NCBI RefSeq assembly: GCF_036365525.1
Contig: NC_090374.1
Coordinates: forward strand, 13,495,168-13,559,167
Length of the DNA stretch: 64,000 nucleotides
Reading direction: 5' to 3'
Source of the DNA: Heterodontus francisci
Lineage: Eukaryota
Numbering within the stretch: position 1 is the stretch's first letter; each line of letters opens with the position of its first letter. This document shows positions 61,816 through 64,000 of the stretch, piece by piece. Both the position numbers and the translations under genes were made by a program. Under the pieces are notes generated by a model. It ran no database searches. It was not told where the DNA came from and worked only from the letters and a program-made list of their open reading frames with translations.

Positions 61816-62743
61816 TGTTACGACCAGGTAAGAAGAGGGTCTAGGGGTTCCCTCTCAGCCTTTTCCTTGTTTGACCGTTACAGAGTTTAATTTTTAAAAC
61901 ACCGTGTGTTTAACTCCCCCTCAGTGAATCCTTGTTCACTGCTCTCCAATCAACCAGACAGGTTTTCTTAGACTTAAACAAGAAAGGTGTAAGTTTATTA
62001 ACATTAAAACTCTAATTCGGTTAAAACTACTACGAATACGCGTCTCGACCACACTAGCATGCCTACGTGATAAACACACATGCAGATAGAGACAGAAAAG
62101 GAGAAAGAATAAAGGGGAAAAGTTTGAGGCAATAGCTGGAGTTCATTTACTGTCCTTTGAGTTCGATGCAGTGTCTTTGATTGCAGTTAAATCTTGCTGT
62201 TTTGTTGGGGCCCAGTGCATGTTTTCAAACTTGATTTGATGTGGGAGTCTTCTCTCTTGAAGTTCAAGTGGCTTCAGTGGATTTGGAAATTCGTGAGAGA
62301 GAGAGAGAGCCAGTGAGAGAGATCTTCCTTCTCTTTTGTCTTCAAAGCAGTCTCTGTCTTTAAACTGTCCTGTGAGCACATTTCAAACCTCTAAGTTGGC
62401 CAGCAGGTTACTCAAGTGCCTAAGTTTTTTCAACAAACTCTCCTGCATTTCTATGGATTTTCCATCTTAGCAGACACCCTCAGTGGGGGGAGGGGGGTGG
62501 TGGGGAAGTGTGGATGGAATGCTGGCTTGTTACACATTTAATGTCTCGTGATCAAAATCCATTCGGGTTAATTGGATCAGGGAACAGTTCCATTGTCTCT
62601 CCAGGCTCTTAGAATACAAATGTTTCCAGCCACTGCTGATCTCTTTAAACAAGTCATCTTTTCAGTCCAGCAGCAGTTTAAAATTAATGTTCATATTTTG
62701 AAATTAATATGCCTCATTTTTGGCAGGTGGGGTCTTCATGACA
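61816..62743 (-). repeat. 3' LTR of a Gypsy-type element
   Basis: TG...CA ends with imperfect inverted repeat (TGTTACGA/TCATGACA); purine-rich tract adjoining at 62744; internal AATAAA on the minus strand. Confidence 0.7.
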
Positions 62744-64000
62744 TCTCCACACCCGGAGAAGAGCAAGTACAGGAAAACACACATGCATCTCTGTCATTCA
62801 TTCTCATTCATTCAGAAATCCTAAAAATTGTTACAGCCTGTCTTTTCTTGGTAGCAGTGCTGCTTTAAACTGCCCTTTTTGGCATCCCAATAAACATTTG
62901 ATTTTTGGGGAACTTTTTCAGTTTGCACATTTCCAAGACTGCCTAGGCTGCCTTTGTTCCCGTTGAGGTCTGTAGGGGAAGGGTAAGATTTCATTAGCCC
63001 TAAATTGGAATTCTGCTCAGAAGAGTCAGTAGTGGATGGATCTATTCTGAACTCTCTTTCAGTGATTTGATGAGTTATGCAAGGGCTTTTCACCTTAGGG
63101 GATGGTTGGTTCCCTTTTCTCTTGACTGTGGGGGAGAATTCCTTGCTACTCTTCCCTTTTTTCTCTGGGACACTCCTGCTTACAGGTATTTGTCCAGATT
63201 CTACTGCACTGCCCTAAGGCACTTTGACTAGGTGAGGCATCAGCCTCACAATTTCTCTGCCCTCTTGAGGACTTTCTTTGTCTCTGCAGGTTTCTGTAAA
63301 TGCTGTGAGCAACTCTGGTGGGGTGCTTCTGGTGTCTGCATTTACATAGGAGGATGTGGGGTCTAATGTTTCAAACATTTCGGGGTTGGCTGACTGGGCA
63401 GTAGGGGTTTTCATCTGGGATTCTCTCCAGATCTCCTTTAACCTGCCCTCTTTGTCCCTTTTTCTCCTTTCCTCTCTAACTTGTTGCCAGCCTTGTGCCT
63501 GTCTGTGCCCTTTTGTTCTCAGCAGGGCTCCCTTACACTTCACCAGCCCTCTGCTGGAGGGTCATCCAAACACCAATACAGGACTTAGGGGTGCAGATTT
63601 CACTGTAGCTTGGGGTTTCCCTTCAACCCGGCACATGTTGCAACTCCTACAGTACTCCACCACAGCTTTGTGGAGTTTTGGCCAGTCAAATTGCTGTCTT
63701 TTGTTTTTCGTATACCGACATGTAAAGCCACTGTAATCTCATGGGCTATTCTTACTATTTTTCTCCAGTAGCTCTGCAGCACCACTAACTGGTGAACCAC
63801 TGACCACTCCCTACCCTCAGGTCTGTGAGGAGAACTCCACGTTCTCACCAGTACCTCATTCTTTAAATAGTAGCAGTCAGGGACTCCCTCTGCTTCAATT
63901 TCAGACTGGGCAGCCTGTGTTCACTCTCTCAATACTGGGTTGGCTCACTGAGCTTCAGCTAGGAAAAATCCATTTAATTCATTCCCTGGGTCTTCTAACT
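62744..64000 (-). mobile_element. Degraded Gypsy-type internal region (integrase H2C2 remnant), continues past window end
   Basis: IAHE..HVGIRKTK, then frameshifted WPKL...YCRSCNMC..GKP. Confidence 0.75.

Overview
Repeat-dominated vertebrate genomic DNA, most likely from a cartilaginous fish (inferred from HE1-like V-SINEs, DeuSINE-like elements, and abundant CR1, Tx1, RTE and Penelope retroelements). Bases 1-13690 are a 54-bp minisatellite of about 205 units carrying the same 1287-bp 5'-truncated CR1 insertion twice, which marks a ~4.3-kb higher-order duplication. One host gene, largely missed by the ORF track, runs on the minus strand across ~13700-60815. It has a Siglec-15-like V-set exon retaining the sialic-acid-binding Arg, a second V-set exon lacking it, an uncharged transmembrane exon and a linker exon. 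These are followed by three tandem copies of a small cytoplasmic-tail exon cassette carrying tyrosine motifs (SCTYAEL, SCTYAEI, SCTYASI). The AATAAA signal lies about 30 nt from the satellite edge, and the leader exon was not found in the window. The introns hold a six-level nested retroelement stack, inverted copies of one young CR1 subfamily, Tx1 elements, Penelope fragments with minimal hammerhead-ribozyme motifs, and a Gypsy-type LTR element at the right end. Exon models were read by eye from splice signals and phase. Repeat boundaries are approximate unless a junction is quoted.
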